From Octopus vulgaris (Eukaryota): a stretch of DNA of 64,000 nucleotides. A model generated the notes under the pieces. The model had not been told where the DNA came from. It saw only the letters and a program-made list of their open reading frames with translations, and did not search any database. Both the position numbers and the translations under genes were made by a program. How positions within the stretch are numbered: position 1 is the first letter of the stretch; the number at the start of each line of letters is the position of its first letter. Location of the stretch: the NCBI GenBank assembly GCA_951406725.2, contig OX597821.1:115320001-115384000 (forward strand), given 5' to 3'. Shown here piece by piece: positions 12,147 through 26,171 of this stretch.

Positions 12147-13904
12147 CATATATATATATATATTATGTGTGTGTGTGTCTTTGTGTCTGTGTTTATCCCT
12201 GTAGCTTACCAGTTTGGCAGAAGAGATCGGTAGAATAAGTATGAGACTTTAAAAAATAGATAGTGAGGTCAATTTGTTCCATTAAAAATTTCTCAAGGCA
12301 GTGCCCCAGCATGGCCACAGTCTAATGACTGAAACAAATTAAAGATAGAAGCTTATAACACAAGAGATAAAGACTGGTTGTTCTTTAAGGTTTTATGATT
12401 CCAGTCAGCAACATATAAAGGAATCTAGTCAGCAGAATCTGTAATGAGATTTATGCACAAGTTCCATACATGGAAATAGGGTCCAAAGTCCAAAGACCTA
12501 AAGGTTAACGAAGCAAAAGCCAGAATGATGATTATTGAGATGGAGCATAGCATGTCTGTGACATCTCAGAATTGGTTAGATTCAGGATATAGGAAGTTCT
12601 CTAACAGGTTGATAGAACTTGAACACTATTGGCCATTTGCCAAGGACAGTTGGTTTCTTTTGATATTAGAGGAATAGTCATGAAATGGTAGTTTTGTGTC
12701 AGTTTTTTTTTTCCTTCTTGTTCTGTCTTTTGAGTCTTATCTTTAATGTCATTTTTATGTTCAAACAGCTATAAATCTCTCGATCTAATCTTTTACTTAG
12801 CCACATATACACACTGTAATTATGATATGTATATATATATATATATATATGCACATACATACATTTATGCACATTCATATATCATGGAATTTTGTTGAAT
12901 CAAACTGAATAAATAAATGCATAACAAATGAAAAATAAGAAAAACACCAACTTTGATGAAAGAATTTGATGGAAAGTGGATCGGTTATTTTTATCGATAA
13001 AATTCCCCATGCACACTCGAAATTTATTAACTATGAAATTTGAAATTCCAAATGAATGTTTAAAATAAAATTCTCTCTTGGTTGAAAGTTCCATAAATAT
13101 CTTCTGAGAACTGACAAAAAATAAATTAAAAAATAAAAACAAATATAAAGTAAGTTTAGATAAGAAAAGTAGGAAGTAATTGCCTGATATTTGAAAATTA
13201 TGTGATAAGCATCGATAGTTACATTTTAATGAAATTTACTTCACGCATTTGGAGAGAAAGACAATCTCTGAAGAATATCAAAGTAAAGAGGAAGAAAAGT
13301 TTGTTAGACACAGGGGAAATGGCAGATATATGTTTCTCACTTGTTAGAATTGGTTCTTTTAGCTTTTCTACCAAACAATGCATTCTCTGTGAATGCTTTC
13401 CAAATTATATCGACCCCCAGCTCTACTCTGATTAAGCAGATATATAAGCAAAGTACTCCACTGATAACCATCACAATTTATTTTCAGGCATTGTGCATCT
13501 AGGACTACAGTATCTAATGTGTTCTTTTTTTTTAAAAAAATAGCTTGCTGTGATTTGAGTGACTTAGCTGCTATTTTTAGTAGCCACACCATTCAGATGG
13601 ATTCCTTTGTCTGCAAAAGCATGTCTGAGCTGTTTGTTGTCTGATAAACTGGGGGATTATTATGTTACTTGGAATCAGGAGTGGGTTGACATCAGGAAGG
13701 GCTATAGAATATTTTGCCTCAATAAATCTCATCTGATCCATGCAAGCATGGAAAACTGGATGTTAATAAAATGGGGTGTAGTGTTGAGTTTTATCTTTGT
13801 ATATAATTTGGTCTGAAGTAAAAGAATAATGCTTATGACCCTTTGCAGGGATTCCAAGACAAATGGAACAATATATCCTAAGATCATAGACCTTGCCTGA
13901 ATTC

Positions 13905-14408
13905 TCAAAGCCCCCAAATTCTTGCAACTGGCTGGACTCTACTCAAAGACCCTAAATTCTTGCAACTGGCTGGACTCTGCTCAAAGCCCTCAAATTCTTG
14001 CAACTAGCTGAACTCTGCTCAAAGCTCCCAAATTCTTGCAACTGGCTGGACTCTGCTCAAAGCTCTCAAATTCTTACAACTGGCTGAACTCTGCTCAAAG
14101 CCCCCAAATTCTTGCAACTGGCTGGACTCTGCTCAAAGCTCCCAAATTCTTACAACTGGCTGAACTCTGCTCAAAGCCCCCAAATTCTTGCAACTGGCTG
14201 GACTCTGCTCAAAGCACCCAAATTCTTGCAACTGGCTGAACTCTGCTCAAAGCACCCAAATTCTTACAACTGGCTGAACTCTGCTCAAAGACCCCAAATT
14301 CTTGCAACTGGCTGAACTCTGCTCAAAGCCCCCAAATTCTTGCAACTGGCTGGACTCTGCTCAAAGCTCCCAAATTCTTGCAACTGGCTGAACTCTGCTC
14401 AAAGCACC
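13905..14408. repeat. 38-bp minisatellite, about 13 units
   Basis: Contiguous units of CCCAAATTCTTGCAACTGGCTG(G/A)ACTCTGCTCAAAGC(C/T/A) with no spacers. Confidence 0.95.
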
Positions 14409-15915
14409 CACAGGCCAAATGATGGTGTTAAAGTGAGTGACAGCTTATGCTTCTAGCCTTGTGAATTTCTTTATAAACTTCTTCCACCACCACCACCACC
14501 ACAGCTGCTGCCATCGCCCCACCCAAATATCATTTAGTTACATGTCGTCACTGCTGTCTACTGAAATGGTTTCTATGCATCATTTGACAAACACAACAGC
14601 TCATCCATTCGTTTCACTGATTCACAGAGATTCTATGGAGAATCTCTGCAGAAACCAAAATGTAAGTTAAGAGAAGGTTCCATAAAGGAAATTTAGATGT
14701 TTTCGCTGCTGAATAACATCATATTTGGAAGTGTATGGTAGGAGGGAGGGAAAGGAGTTGAGAGTGTATTCTTCACTGGCACCACCACCACCACCATCAT
14801 TACTACCACCAACACCACCACTGGCGCTGCAAATACCACCGCCATCACACTACCATATATGACTGGCATTTTATTTTGTTATTGATCCTGTGTGGATCCA
14901 AAGCCATAAACAAGAAACATTAAAATATTTCCCATTAAAACCATGTAATCAGTTTTGGTGCCATACTTACCAATTCCATGCCACCCACCCCGTCCAATAA
15001 CCCTCTCCTTCCTACTTTATTCAATAAATACCCCACCACTTTATCTAATGAACAACATTCCCACTTTCTTATTCAGTACCACCACCACCTCCAGTTTATT
15101 CAATAAATACCCTCATCCACACACACACTGCCATTATATACACTCAGAGTTTGTTATCTTCACACACTGGATACTCACAAGACCTGGAAATTGTCTCCTG
15201 AATTTTCTCTGTTTGATGCCAAGATAAACATATCCAGCATCAATTTGCAGCTAAATGTTGTTAACATTTTCGTTTTTGGGTTTGGTTTGCAAGATTCTTT
15301 ATATGAGTTCGTGTGTTGAAGCATATTCTGTTGCATCTGGGGAGAGTCGTTTCTTTTTGTGCCTTATAATGTAACACACTCACCGGTAAAATTTCCACTT
15401 ATTCCTTATTTTTATTTTCCTAAAATTTCCGTTGCGTCTTGCAACCTTTTCAATCGTCTGGACTCTGTCCGTTATTTACATTGCATTCCTTTCTGTTTGT
15501 TTGTGCGCATGTATGTGTGTGCCTATACATGCATGCATGTACGTATGTATGTATATGTGTGTTTGCATGTGTATGTATGTATATATGTGTGTGTATGCAT
15601 ATGTATGTATGTATATATGTGTGTGCATATGTATGTACGTATCCTGTATATTTATGTGCTTGCATGTCCGTTGTTTGTATATTTTCTATGTATGTGTGTG
15701 TGAGCATGTGTTCGTATATGTATGCACCTCTGCCTCCTTGTGTGTGCATGTGTGTGTGTGTGTGTTATGCAACTATATACCATGTTTGTATGTATGGATG
15801 TACATTTTTATATGTGTGGATCCGTGTCTCCATATGTGTCTGTTCTTGTAATCTATGTACCTATCCGTCTGTATGTTTATCTGTTTATTTTCATGTTGTT
15901 AACATTCTTTGATAC

Positions 15916-15948
<33 letters not shown>

Positions 15949-16077
15949 GACAAAAAAGATTTACTCTGTAGATGGTGGCTGGGTGGTTGAGAAGTTTGTT
16001 TCCCAACCACATAGTTGCAAGTTCAGTCCTACGATGTGACACCTCAAGTGTCTTTATAGGAAGAAATTGAAAGAAGC

Positions 16078-16114
<37 letters not shown>

Positions 16115-16728
16115 TGCAGGTCTTATATTGCTATTTGATCAACTGTTTGCATAAGTATGTCTATATACATGTGTGTGTGTGTGTGTGTGTGTGTATTGCT
16201 GGATACATGGCTGAGTAATTAGGAAGTTCAATTCTCAATCTCAATATTCCAGGTTCAATCCTACAGCATAACACCTTGAGCACATGTCTTGGAAAATGTC
16301 TTCTACCATAAAATTAAGCTGAGCTTAAGTCTCGTGAACAAAATTGGTAAACTGAAGCTGGTCAGACGGGTGTCTCCATGGAATATAAGACAGTCTTGTC
16401 ACACACATTGTCACATCAGTTCTGTCTTGGACTCTTCATGAGATTCCATATTTTGTTCTTATAATTTGCAACACCATATTGATTCCACTGGAAAATTAGG
16501 TTTAAGTGTACACATGTCTGGAAAACTGGAAAATTCAAAGAATTGGTGGTTCTATTGATTGAATAATTGCAGACCTCATTTGTCCAAACTTACTCAAGAT
16601 CTCTCCATCCATTCTTCTCTATTTCTGTGAGTAATTAGAAAGTGATTCTATCCAAACTAACGAAGTGCCTAACTAAATACATTATGTTAAAGCTTATCTT
16701 CGTTAACGACTTGTGTGTGTGTATGTAA

Positions 16729-16761
<33 letters not shown>

Positions 16762-18470
16762 AGGGTCATTTTGGTTAGCTAAACTCTACCTCTTTCAACA
16801 AAGGTCAAAAGGAGTCAATATTATTTGAATAAATATTGATATCTAACATCAATAGTTATTAGATCTATAATAACTACATTTGTATAGTTTGGGGTGATAT
16901 AAGATATAACCTGCATACTTTTAGTTTGAATGAAACAATCAAACATTATTAAACCAGCATTAACAAATTTATACCATTCTTAATTCACAATCATCATCAT
17001 CATCTTAATGTCCACTTTTCCTTGCTTGCATCGGTTCAGTGTAGTTTATCGAGGCAGATTTTCTACAGCCGGATGCCCTTCCTGTCACCAACATTCAACT
17101 GTTTCCAGGCAAAATATTTCCTCATGGCCAAACAGGTTTCACAAAATTTTGGAGATGAATATCCCCGCTTGTATGAGGGTGACACTCATTTACAACTATC
17201 ACATGATGTCGAGAAAAAAGGGGAGACATAAACGCTTGTTCATTCAAACAACTTACACACACACACAGACAATGGGCTTCTCTCAGTTTCCATCCACCAA
17301 ATTCACTCACAAAGCTTTAATCAGTTTAAGACTATAGTGCAAGACCTCTTGTCAAAGGTACCACGCAATGGAACTGAACTCTGAACCATACGGTTGGGAT
17401 GCAACTTTCTTAACTGCACACCTCCACCTGTACCTAGCCATGCCAGTGCAGAAGACCTTCTTTCTCTCTCTCCCACTCTGTCTGTCTCTCCCACACTCTG
17501 TCTATCTGTCTCTTTCTCTCTCTCTCCATCTTCCTCTTGTTAACATTGGTTTTCGGTATTACCTCATTGGCATTATTGTTTTCATGATTATTATTATTGA
17601 TTAAAAATTGGTAGCCTTGGACCTTCCAACCAGTGTCCTGTTCAGGGGGAATGTTATGATCTTGGTCCCTTATGTGCCGTGGAAACCAGAAACCAAAAAT
17701 AATGTCACTATTAGAGTCTTAGGCAAAAAAAGGTCAATTGATACCTGATTCTTACAACTGGCTTCTATGGTTATAAGCAAATGAAAGATAAATCTCTCAG
17801 GTAGAAGGGGTCTTAGGGAAATTCAGAAGACTTTTTCTACAAATGGAAGTGAATTCAGCATTGCATTCCAATAAACTTCACAGTTTTTGTTCTTGTGTAT
17901 AACGGTAAATTATAACGTAAGCCCTGTACCGTACTTGCTCTTAGATAATCTTATGTCACCCATTAAGATTGGAATGTGTGCAGACACAATGCTATAAAGC
18001 CTGTGGTAGATTATCAAAAACATTAACCTCATTCGTTTGATGTCTGATAGTTTATCAACTCACCTAACCAAGATTTCTTCCAATTCCTGAACAATGAGGC
18101 TGCTGCTACTGATGAAGATGATGACAACAGTAGGTGGCAGCCACTTCTTCATTCGGCTGCTTCTCCCCACCCCCCTCACCCCATCTTCATATTGCTTCAC
18201 TTTCTTCTATAAACAGTTGCTGAACAGTACAAAAAAAAAAGAAAAACAAAAACAAACAAAAAGCAAAAATTCAGAATTCTTCTTTCATACTTCTCTCTCT
18301 CTTTTCCCCATCTCTTTCCCCACCCCCAATCCTCTAAGATTTCTTATCTTCAGCTAGATTACATCCACTAAATCTTTTAATGTTATCACCATCAGGTAAA
18401 ATTGATTGATTTGGGTTTATTTATTTTGTTGCTTTGGAGCTAAATAGGTTTGCCTTGGTGTTGCTCCACC

Positions 18471-18526
<56 letters not shown>

Positions 18527-18569
18527 GTATATACATATATGATTTAACACCTTTTCATACATATATGTG

Positions 18570-18630
<61 letters not shown>

Positions 18631-18651
18631 TATAAAAATATGATGATGATG

Positions 18652-18705
<54 letters not shown>

Positions 18706-19349
18706 ATATGTTTTGTTTTCCTCACTGAGTCAATCTAGAACAGGTGCACATGCATATTTTAACATCCCTAAATGAAAATAAAGATCAAATATGTTTTTAC
18801 CTCAGCCATATTCCTTTCCTTTTGGCAGTAATTACTAAACATTGCTTACAGCTTCTCCAATTTCTTCATGCAAATAAAATAAAGCCTTTCTTTCTTATTT
18901 ATTGATAAGGAGAGGGGAAGGGAACTAAAGAATCGGGGGACATTTTGTATTTCTTATGATACAAATCAAATTTCACAAATTGCTTATTACCACCACCACC
19001 GTCACCATCCATCACCACCATCATCATCATCATAGTCATCACCATTATTATTACTATGGCAGTGGATTGGCGGCAGAACTGTTACTGCACTATGGATAAT
19101 GCTTTCTGATATTTGTTGCAAATCTTTACATTCTGAGTTCTAATCACGATGTGGGTCGTCTTTGTCTTTCGTCTTTTTGAGGTTGGTAAAATTGAGTACC
19201 AGTCATGTACTGGGGGTTCATGGTTTTGACTAACCTCACTCCTGGTAAAAGTGAATCTGAAATCTATTTTCCCAATCTGTAGGAAAATATATTACAAACT
19301 CACTTTTGCTAGGATTGAGGTTAGTCATGTGTATATATATACATATATT

Positions 19350-19817
19350 TGTGCCGGCGGCACGTAAAAAGCACCATCCTAACGTGGCCGATGCCAGTAC
19401 CACCTTGACTGGCTTCTGTGCCGGTGGCACATGACCTGCTATGCATGAGGAGACCTATTGAGTCAAGTACATCAAAATAAATATCAAATGGAAATTGTAG
19501 TTATGATACCAGTGCCGGTGGCACATAAAAAGCACCATTCGAACATGGCCGATGCCAGCACTGCCTTGACTGGCTTTTGTGCCAATGGCACGCAAAAAGC
19601 ACCAACCAATTGTGGCCGCTGCCAGCCTCCCCTGGCACGTAAAAACCATCCACTACACTCACGGAATGGTTGGCGTTAGGAAGGGCATCCAGCTGTAGAA
19701 ACACTGCCAGATCAGACTGGAGCCTGGTGCAGCCTCCTGGCTTCCCAGAACCCAGTCAAACCATCTAACCCGTGCTAGCATGGAAAACGGATGTTAAACG
19801 ATGATGATGATGATGAT
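19350..19817 (+). mobile_element. Retroposon family C copy
   Basis: Sub-repeats, GGAAGGGCATCC motif and (GAT)n tail. Confidence 0.8.
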
Positions 19818-20582
19818 TTGTGTGTGTGCTTGTCTCCCATCACCACTTGATAACTGGTGTTGGTTTGTTTGCATTGCTGTAACTTAGCAGTTCAACAAAA
19901 GAGACCGATAGAATAAGCACCAGGTTTGAAAAGTAAGTCCTGGGCTCAATTCATCCAACTTGACTTTCTTCAAGGTGGTGCTCCAGCATGGCCACAGTGT
20001 TAATGACTGAAACGAGTAAAAGAGAGAAGTAATTACAAGCTTTTATTTTAATTAATTAGGATAATAGAAGACTCCTACTCACATAATAAAAAAACACAAA
20101 ACATTTTTATGTGTTGTCAAGAGGTTAGAGATATAAACCTTTCTTCTTTAGGTATCGGCGAGAATTACAACAGAATAAAAATCATTTCTGCTTCACTGTT
20201 GAATAGTTTGTGTGAGGCTTGGGATACCATTATGCGGGAGAAAGAAAAAAAATCAGCAAAAAAAACAAAGACACAAAAATTGGAATTTCTGTAGTTTTAT
20301 GAATATTCAATACTAATATCAACCCAGACGGACATGGCTTATCGATTCATGCAAAAGAGGAAAAGTGCATAATTCACTCCCCACCCTCCACCCATCACTT
20401 ACTCTCACCTTGATCTCGTACCTCACCTTTACCTTTGTCCTCTTGCTGTTACCAATCACTCTCCCCCCCACCCGACTTTCCACCATACCCTTGTTCCTTC
20501 CCACCCATTCTGGGTCTTCTTTTTTCTCTTCTTTCTCTCTAGTTCCCTTTCCTTGCTCACCTGTGTAAATATACCCATCCTA

Positions 20583-20815
20583 AAGGCGGCGAGCTGGCAG
20601 AAACGTTAGCGCCCTGGGCGAAATGCTTAGCAGTATTTCGTCTGTCATTACGTTCTGAGTTCAAATTCCGCCAAGGTCGACTTTGCCTTTCATCCTTTCG
20701 GGGTCGATAAATTAAGTACCAGTTACGCACTAGGGTCAATGTAATCGACTTAATCCCTTTATCTGTCCTTGTTTGTCCCCTCTATGTTTAGCCCCTTGTG
20801 GGCAGTAAAGAAATA
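20583..20815 (+). mobile_element. SINE family A copy (well preserved)
   Basis: GGCGGCGAGCTGGCAGAAACGTTAGC...GAGTTCAAATTCCGCC head. Confidence 0.85.
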
Positions 20816-21143
20816 TATACCCATCCTAATTCATTCCACACTCCCTCTGCATACATTTACTCCCCCACCCCCTATGTCACTCCCACCTTTTCTGTCATCA
20901 TTGTCCCTCCACCGCCAAACTTACATTTACTGCCTTCAATCCCCCTGCTCCACATCTCCACACACACACACCTACTACTGTTCTCGCTGTGAAGTGGTTA
21001 AATTCACAGAGACGGTGGGGGGGGGTACAGTTATGATTCCCCTCTTGTCCAGTCTCATTGATTATTCGACCCCTTGTGTTGGTGTCAATGTACTTAGAAC
21101 ACTCTGGAAAAGAAGGCTGTCCAACCATAAGCTAAATGACACA

Positions 21144-21369
21144 CACGAGGGGGTGGGGCTGAAAAGTCCCTGGCTTTGGGTAAAAGAGAATACAGGAGGA
21201 TCAGTTAATTATGATTTTATTCAACATATTCCCCTCTCAGATTCACATGCTTATTGCAGCGGTCCTTCAGTTTTTCTAAACCCTGTAAAAGAACTCAGAT
21301 GGTTGGACCTCCAACCAGGCCTTTTGCAGTACCCTTAAAGTCAGGAACTTTTCACACACCCCCCTCATA
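21144..21369. mobile_element. Tc1/mariner-type MITE
   Basis: Terminal inverted repeats (ca)CGAGGGGG..GCTGAAAAGTCCCTGGCTTT and AAAGTCAGGAACTTTTCA..CCCCCTCA(ta), typical of mariner ends. TA on the right, mutated to CA on the left. Confidence 0.75.
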
Positions 21370-22318
21370 CAAGCACCTAGTCTTTCTGAGCTGTAGCCTC
21401 CAATTATAGACCATAATGACTTGTCCAAACACACAAGCATGCAAAGCAGACATAAAACAACGATAATGATAATATTAAATTGTGTAGGTTTGTCTTTGAA
21501 AAACATTGCCTATGGTTTCTAATAATTAGGAATAAAATTTTTTAAATATTTCCACTGGAATGGAAGCAACCTATGATTTTATTAATTTAAAACTTTAGCA
21601 TCACAATGTTTCTTTTTCCCATTAAAATTATAAATTCTTCCTTTAGAATCGTAACATTTTACTCTAGGCAACAATCTTAGTCATTGTGTGCTTCCATATT
21701 TTTTTTCCAAATACCTTTGATACAAATTAGATTTTCATTATGCTCTTCCTTGAGAAAGATTTTCGTATTTTCTTTTTAATTTTTGCAGTAAAATGGTATA
21801 AACTCGCTTCAGGCTAAAACATTTAATTTTGAGTGTTTGTGTGGGTTTACTGCAACTTTTCCTATTACTTCTGCATAAATGAATATTAGATAACAATCGT
21901 GGTTTAACTAAGGAGATAAACCAGGATTTTTTCAGTCTTTGAAGTTTGGAATTAAGTGTTTTATATAAAAGATAACACACACACACACACACACACGTGT
22001 GTGTATATGTCTCTTTTATCTTTTACTTGTTTCTGCCACTAGATTGCGGCCATGCTGGGGCATCACCTTAAAAAATTTTAATTAAACAAATAGACCGAAG
22101 TACTTACTTTTTTTTTTTTTTTAACCCTGTTACATATTCTATCGATCACTTTTGCTGAACTGCTAAGTTACAGAGACATAAACAAACCAACACTGGTTGT
22201 CAAGTGGTGATGGGAACACACACACACACACATTTATATATACACATTTATATATGTGTGTGTGTATATATATATACACACACATATATTAGAAGGTTTG
22301 GAGGTGATGTACAGGTAT

Positions 22319-22524
22319 TATATATTAGAAGAAATAAGGTACTCAGAAATCTGGATGGTTTTACATTTACAGGTATTTATTAATATGTCACATGTTTTTA
22401 TAAATCATATATTAGCGCTTGCATCCACTCTAGTCTTTGAAGACTCCACTAGAGTGGACGCAAGTGCTAATACATGATTTATAAAACCATCCAGATTTCT
22501 GAGTACCTCATTTCTTCTAATATA

Positions 22525-22527
<3 letters not shown>
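22319..22527. repeat. Fold-back insertion nested in the microsatellite of a family B SINE
   Basis: Outer arms tatattagaagaaataaggtactcagaaatctggatggtttt and its complement. Inner arms at ~22398-22484. Confidence 0.85.
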
Positions 22528-22586
<59 letters not shown>

Positions 22587-23269
22587 ACAGGCTTCTTTCA
22601 GTTTCTGTCTACCAAATCCACTCACAAAGCTTTGATTAGCTTTTAGGCTATAGTAGAAGACACACAAGGTGCCACTCAGTAGGACTGAACCTGGAACCAT
22701 GTGGTTGGAAAGCAAGCTTCTTACCACACAGCCATACCTATGAATAAATAAAATGATTAATCAGTCATATAAACTGTTTAACAAATAAAGAAAATGTCTG
22801 AATTTGTAAAACTTTGCAACCCACATTTACTTATAAAAATGTGTTGCAGAGATCATATGAGCAGGGCAATGCAGACACAACCTCTGAATGGTTATAATTG
22901 AGAGGATTATTGTAGATTTAACATTTGCAGCTTTGATGATTCTCTAACTTCTCGCTGATACCACAATAATAGATATCATGTTTGCATAACTAGTTTGGTC
23001 TCAATTCAGATTGAATCTGTTTCTGTTTACTGTTTTCCCTTTCGGTTCGAGAGATTCATCCATAATCATTCAGCATTCATGTTCCACGCTGGCATGCATT
23101 CAACAATTTGAGAAAATCTAATGGGTTGGACGACTGCATCTTGCTCCAGTGTCTGCTTTGACATGGTTTCGACAGCCAGATGTCCTTTCTAACAACAGCC
23201 ACTCTACAGCATGCACTGGGTACCATTTTTTTCATGGCACCAGCACTAGTGAGGTTACTAATAAGTCTC

Positions 23270-23870
23270 ATCATCAACGTTTAACGTCTGCCTTCCATGC
23301 TGGCATGGGTTGGACGGTTTGACTGAGGACTGGTGAGCCAGAAGGTTGCACCAGGCTCAGTCTGATCTGGCAGAGTTTCTACAGCTGGATGCCCTTCCTA
23401 ACGCCAACCACTCTGAGAGTATAGTGGGTACTTTTTACGTGCCACCGGCATGAGGGCCAGTAAGGTGGTTCTGCAATGACCATGCTCAAAAGGTGTTTTT
23501 ACGTGCTACCTGCACAGGAGCCAGTCTGGCAGCACTGGCAACAACCATGCTCAGATGTTTTTCATGTGCCACCAGCATATGTGCCAATAAGGCGACGCTG
23601 GCAACGATCACACTTGAATGGTGCTTTTCACGTGTCACTGGCACAGGAGCTAATCCATGCTCCTGGCAACAATCACACTTGGATATACCTTTAACAGCCC
23701 ATTGGCATGAGTGCCAATCAGGTGGCACTATCATCACCCACGTCAGTGATTTTGGTTTGTTTACACTTGCCTCAATAGGTCTTCGCAAGCAAAGTTTATT
23801 GTCCAATGAATAAAGAGTACTCATAAGTGGGCTGGTTACACCCACTGGCATAGGCCATGGGCTATGGTCT
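23270..23870 (-). mobile_element. Long retroposon family C copy
   Basis: Reverse complement with about five internal sub-repeats. Confidence 0.8.
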
Positions 23871-24376
23871 CTGCAGGACCAAAATCACTTTCATTTGAGT
23901 GAAGCTGCAACATATAGGGAGGTAGTTTATGAGCTGATAGATATATATATATATATGTTATGAGATGATATATACATCTATCTATCTATCTATCTATCCA
24001 TCCATCCAGTGGCAGGCTGGCCAGGTTACCAGCTTGCCTGATGGCAAGTAAGCCCCTGCACCATTAGAATCTATATATGGGGGGGGGGGCATGTTAGTAT
24101 CTAAGAGGCCCATCTCCTCGAGTTTGAGAATTTTTTATTCACTCCTGGAAGAATGCATTAACTATTTTGGCTGTATTTGTACACAGCTGAAAAGAATACT
24201 TTTAACAAAAAAAAAAATTAAATGACAGCATTGTAGATGCAGGTGAACCCCCTTAGTCTCTTGGCAACCAGTATTTTGAGACCCTGTCCGCAACTGTATA
24301 TATCCAGTTAAAAGAAGAAAAGAAAATGGAGATAAGGAAATTAACAATTATTTATTAACAAATTGATCATCTTCAG

Positions 24377-24472
24377 TTCCTACAGCCGTTTCAATTAATG
24401 CTCAATAATTTAATTGCAAATTTGTACATTAAATTTGCATTTATGTGACATGAGCATAATTTCATCAGCGAA
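24377..24472 (-). ncRNA. Mirror copy of the hammerhead motif on the other palindrome arm
   Basis: Reverse complement gives ttcg-CTGATGA-helix II-GAAA-CGGCTGTA-ggaa. Confidence 0.55.
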
Positions 24473-24547
24473 AAAAAGACATACCTTGGGATGTTATATG
24501 CGGATCTATCAATTCAGTAAATATATAACATCCAAAGGTAAATTTTT

Positions 24548-24643
24548 TACTCTGATGAAATTATGCTCATGTCACATAAATGCAAATTTAATGTACAAAT
24601 TTGCAATTAAATTATTGAGCATTAATTGAAACGGCTGTAGGAA
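24548..24643 (+). ncRNA. Minimal type-I hammerhead ribozyme motif
   Basis: CTGATGA (24552-24558), helix II aattatgctca/tgagcattaatt plus inner tgcaaattt/aaatttgca, GAAA (24628-24631), self-complementary ACGGCTGT and GTA triplet. Helix I (tact/ggaa) is weak. Confidence 0.6.
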
Positions 24644-24854
24644 CTGAAGATGATCAATTTGTTAATAATAAATAATTGTTAGCTTCCTTATCTCCATTTT
24701 CTTTTCTTCTTTTAAATGGATATAAACTATCTGCTTAACATATACCTTTTTTTTTTTTTTAAAGGAATTTCATTCCTCAACAATACTAGGTATTGAACCA
24801 GTATTTCCTTGGATGCAACCATCGTTTCACTAGGTTAAAATATCCTCTAATTAA

Positions 24855-24916
<62 letters not shown>

Positions 24917-24998
24917 ACAGTATATAGTAAGATAGGGGTTTTGGGTGTATCCATAAGTTGATGAACAAACTAAATTTGTTTCTCCATTTTCTTATTTG

Positions 24999-25048
<50 letters not shown>

Positions 25049-26171
25049 TGTGTGTGTGTGTGTAAATATATATACAGTTGGTTAGATATTTAATTTCTGG
25101 TTTTGATAATATTCACCCTTTTAGTTAAGAAGTCCACATTTTGGGTTCAATTCTACTGCATGGCACCCTTGGGCAAGGGCTTTCTACTATGGGGTGGATT
25201 TGGTTGATGGAAACTGAAAGAAGCCTGTGCTGTATATATGTGTGTGTCTCCTTGTCATGACATCATGTGATAGTTGTAAATGAATGTACCTATCATACAA
25301 ACGGTGTCCTTTGTTTCCTGATTTCCATGATAAACATGTCTGGTCATGGGTGAATACTGTCTCCCTTTGAAAAAAGTAAGGGTTGGTGATAGGAAGGGCT
25401 TCTGGCTGTGGAAAATCTGCCCCAACAAATTCTCTTTGACTCATAGAAACATAGAAAATTGGATGTTAAAATAACAATGATGATGATTGTGTGTCTGTGT
25501 GTCCCATTGTCTTGATGTGTGTTAATTGTAAAGGAAAGTCACAAAGTGTTGTTTGCTTACAACCATCCACGAAACACAATCTCTGTGCTGGGGGGTGAGG
25601 AGGCAGATTTCACTCTATCTGGAAATAGGTGATGATTGGCAGCAAGGAATGCATCTGCCCCAATGCACTTCATCTGACCCATGGCAACCATAATAACAGC
25701 GGAACTACCACTGCCACTGTTGTTCATCTGATGTTAAGTTTTCAGGCTTCCTATCGTTTCACTTCTTTTAATTTTCACTTGTTTCTATCATTTGACTGTG
25801 GCCATGCTGGAGTACCACCTTGGAGAATTTCAGTTGACTGCATCAATTTTTTTTTTTTTCAAGTCTGATACCTATCCTATCAGTGTCCTTAGCTGAACTG
25901 TTAAGTCATGGTGACATAAACAGACCAACAACAGTTGTAAGTGGTGGAGTGGGAAAAACACACACATACACACACACGCATGACAAGTTTCTTTCAGTTT
26001 CTGTCTACTATATCCTCTCAAAGCTTTGGTTGACCCCAGGCTATAGTGGAAGACATTATTTGCCTAAGATGCCACAAAATGGGACTGAACCCTGAACCAT
26101 GTGGTCAGGAGATAAACATCTTACCACACAGCCATGGCTGTACCTTCTCTAAGTTTTCATTCCATATCTTT

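Larger units (their letters stand above)
24299..24724. mobile_element. ~426-bp near-perfect palindrome (fold-back element)
   Basis: Arms of about 200 bp pair almost perfectly around a short loop near 24500-24520. Confidence 0.9.

Noticed and set aside
13905-14408. CRISPR-like periodicity
   Set aside because: Units are contiguous with no unique spacers, there are no cas genes, and the context is eukaryotic.
18354-18395. Possible small exon ending at CAG|GTAAAA
   Set aside because: No open frame ends in phase 0 as exon 32939 requires, and there is no dystrobrevin similarity.
20769-21338. 189-aa ORF
   Set aside because: It spans a SINE tail, low-complexity sequence and a mariner MITE, and has no coherent domain.
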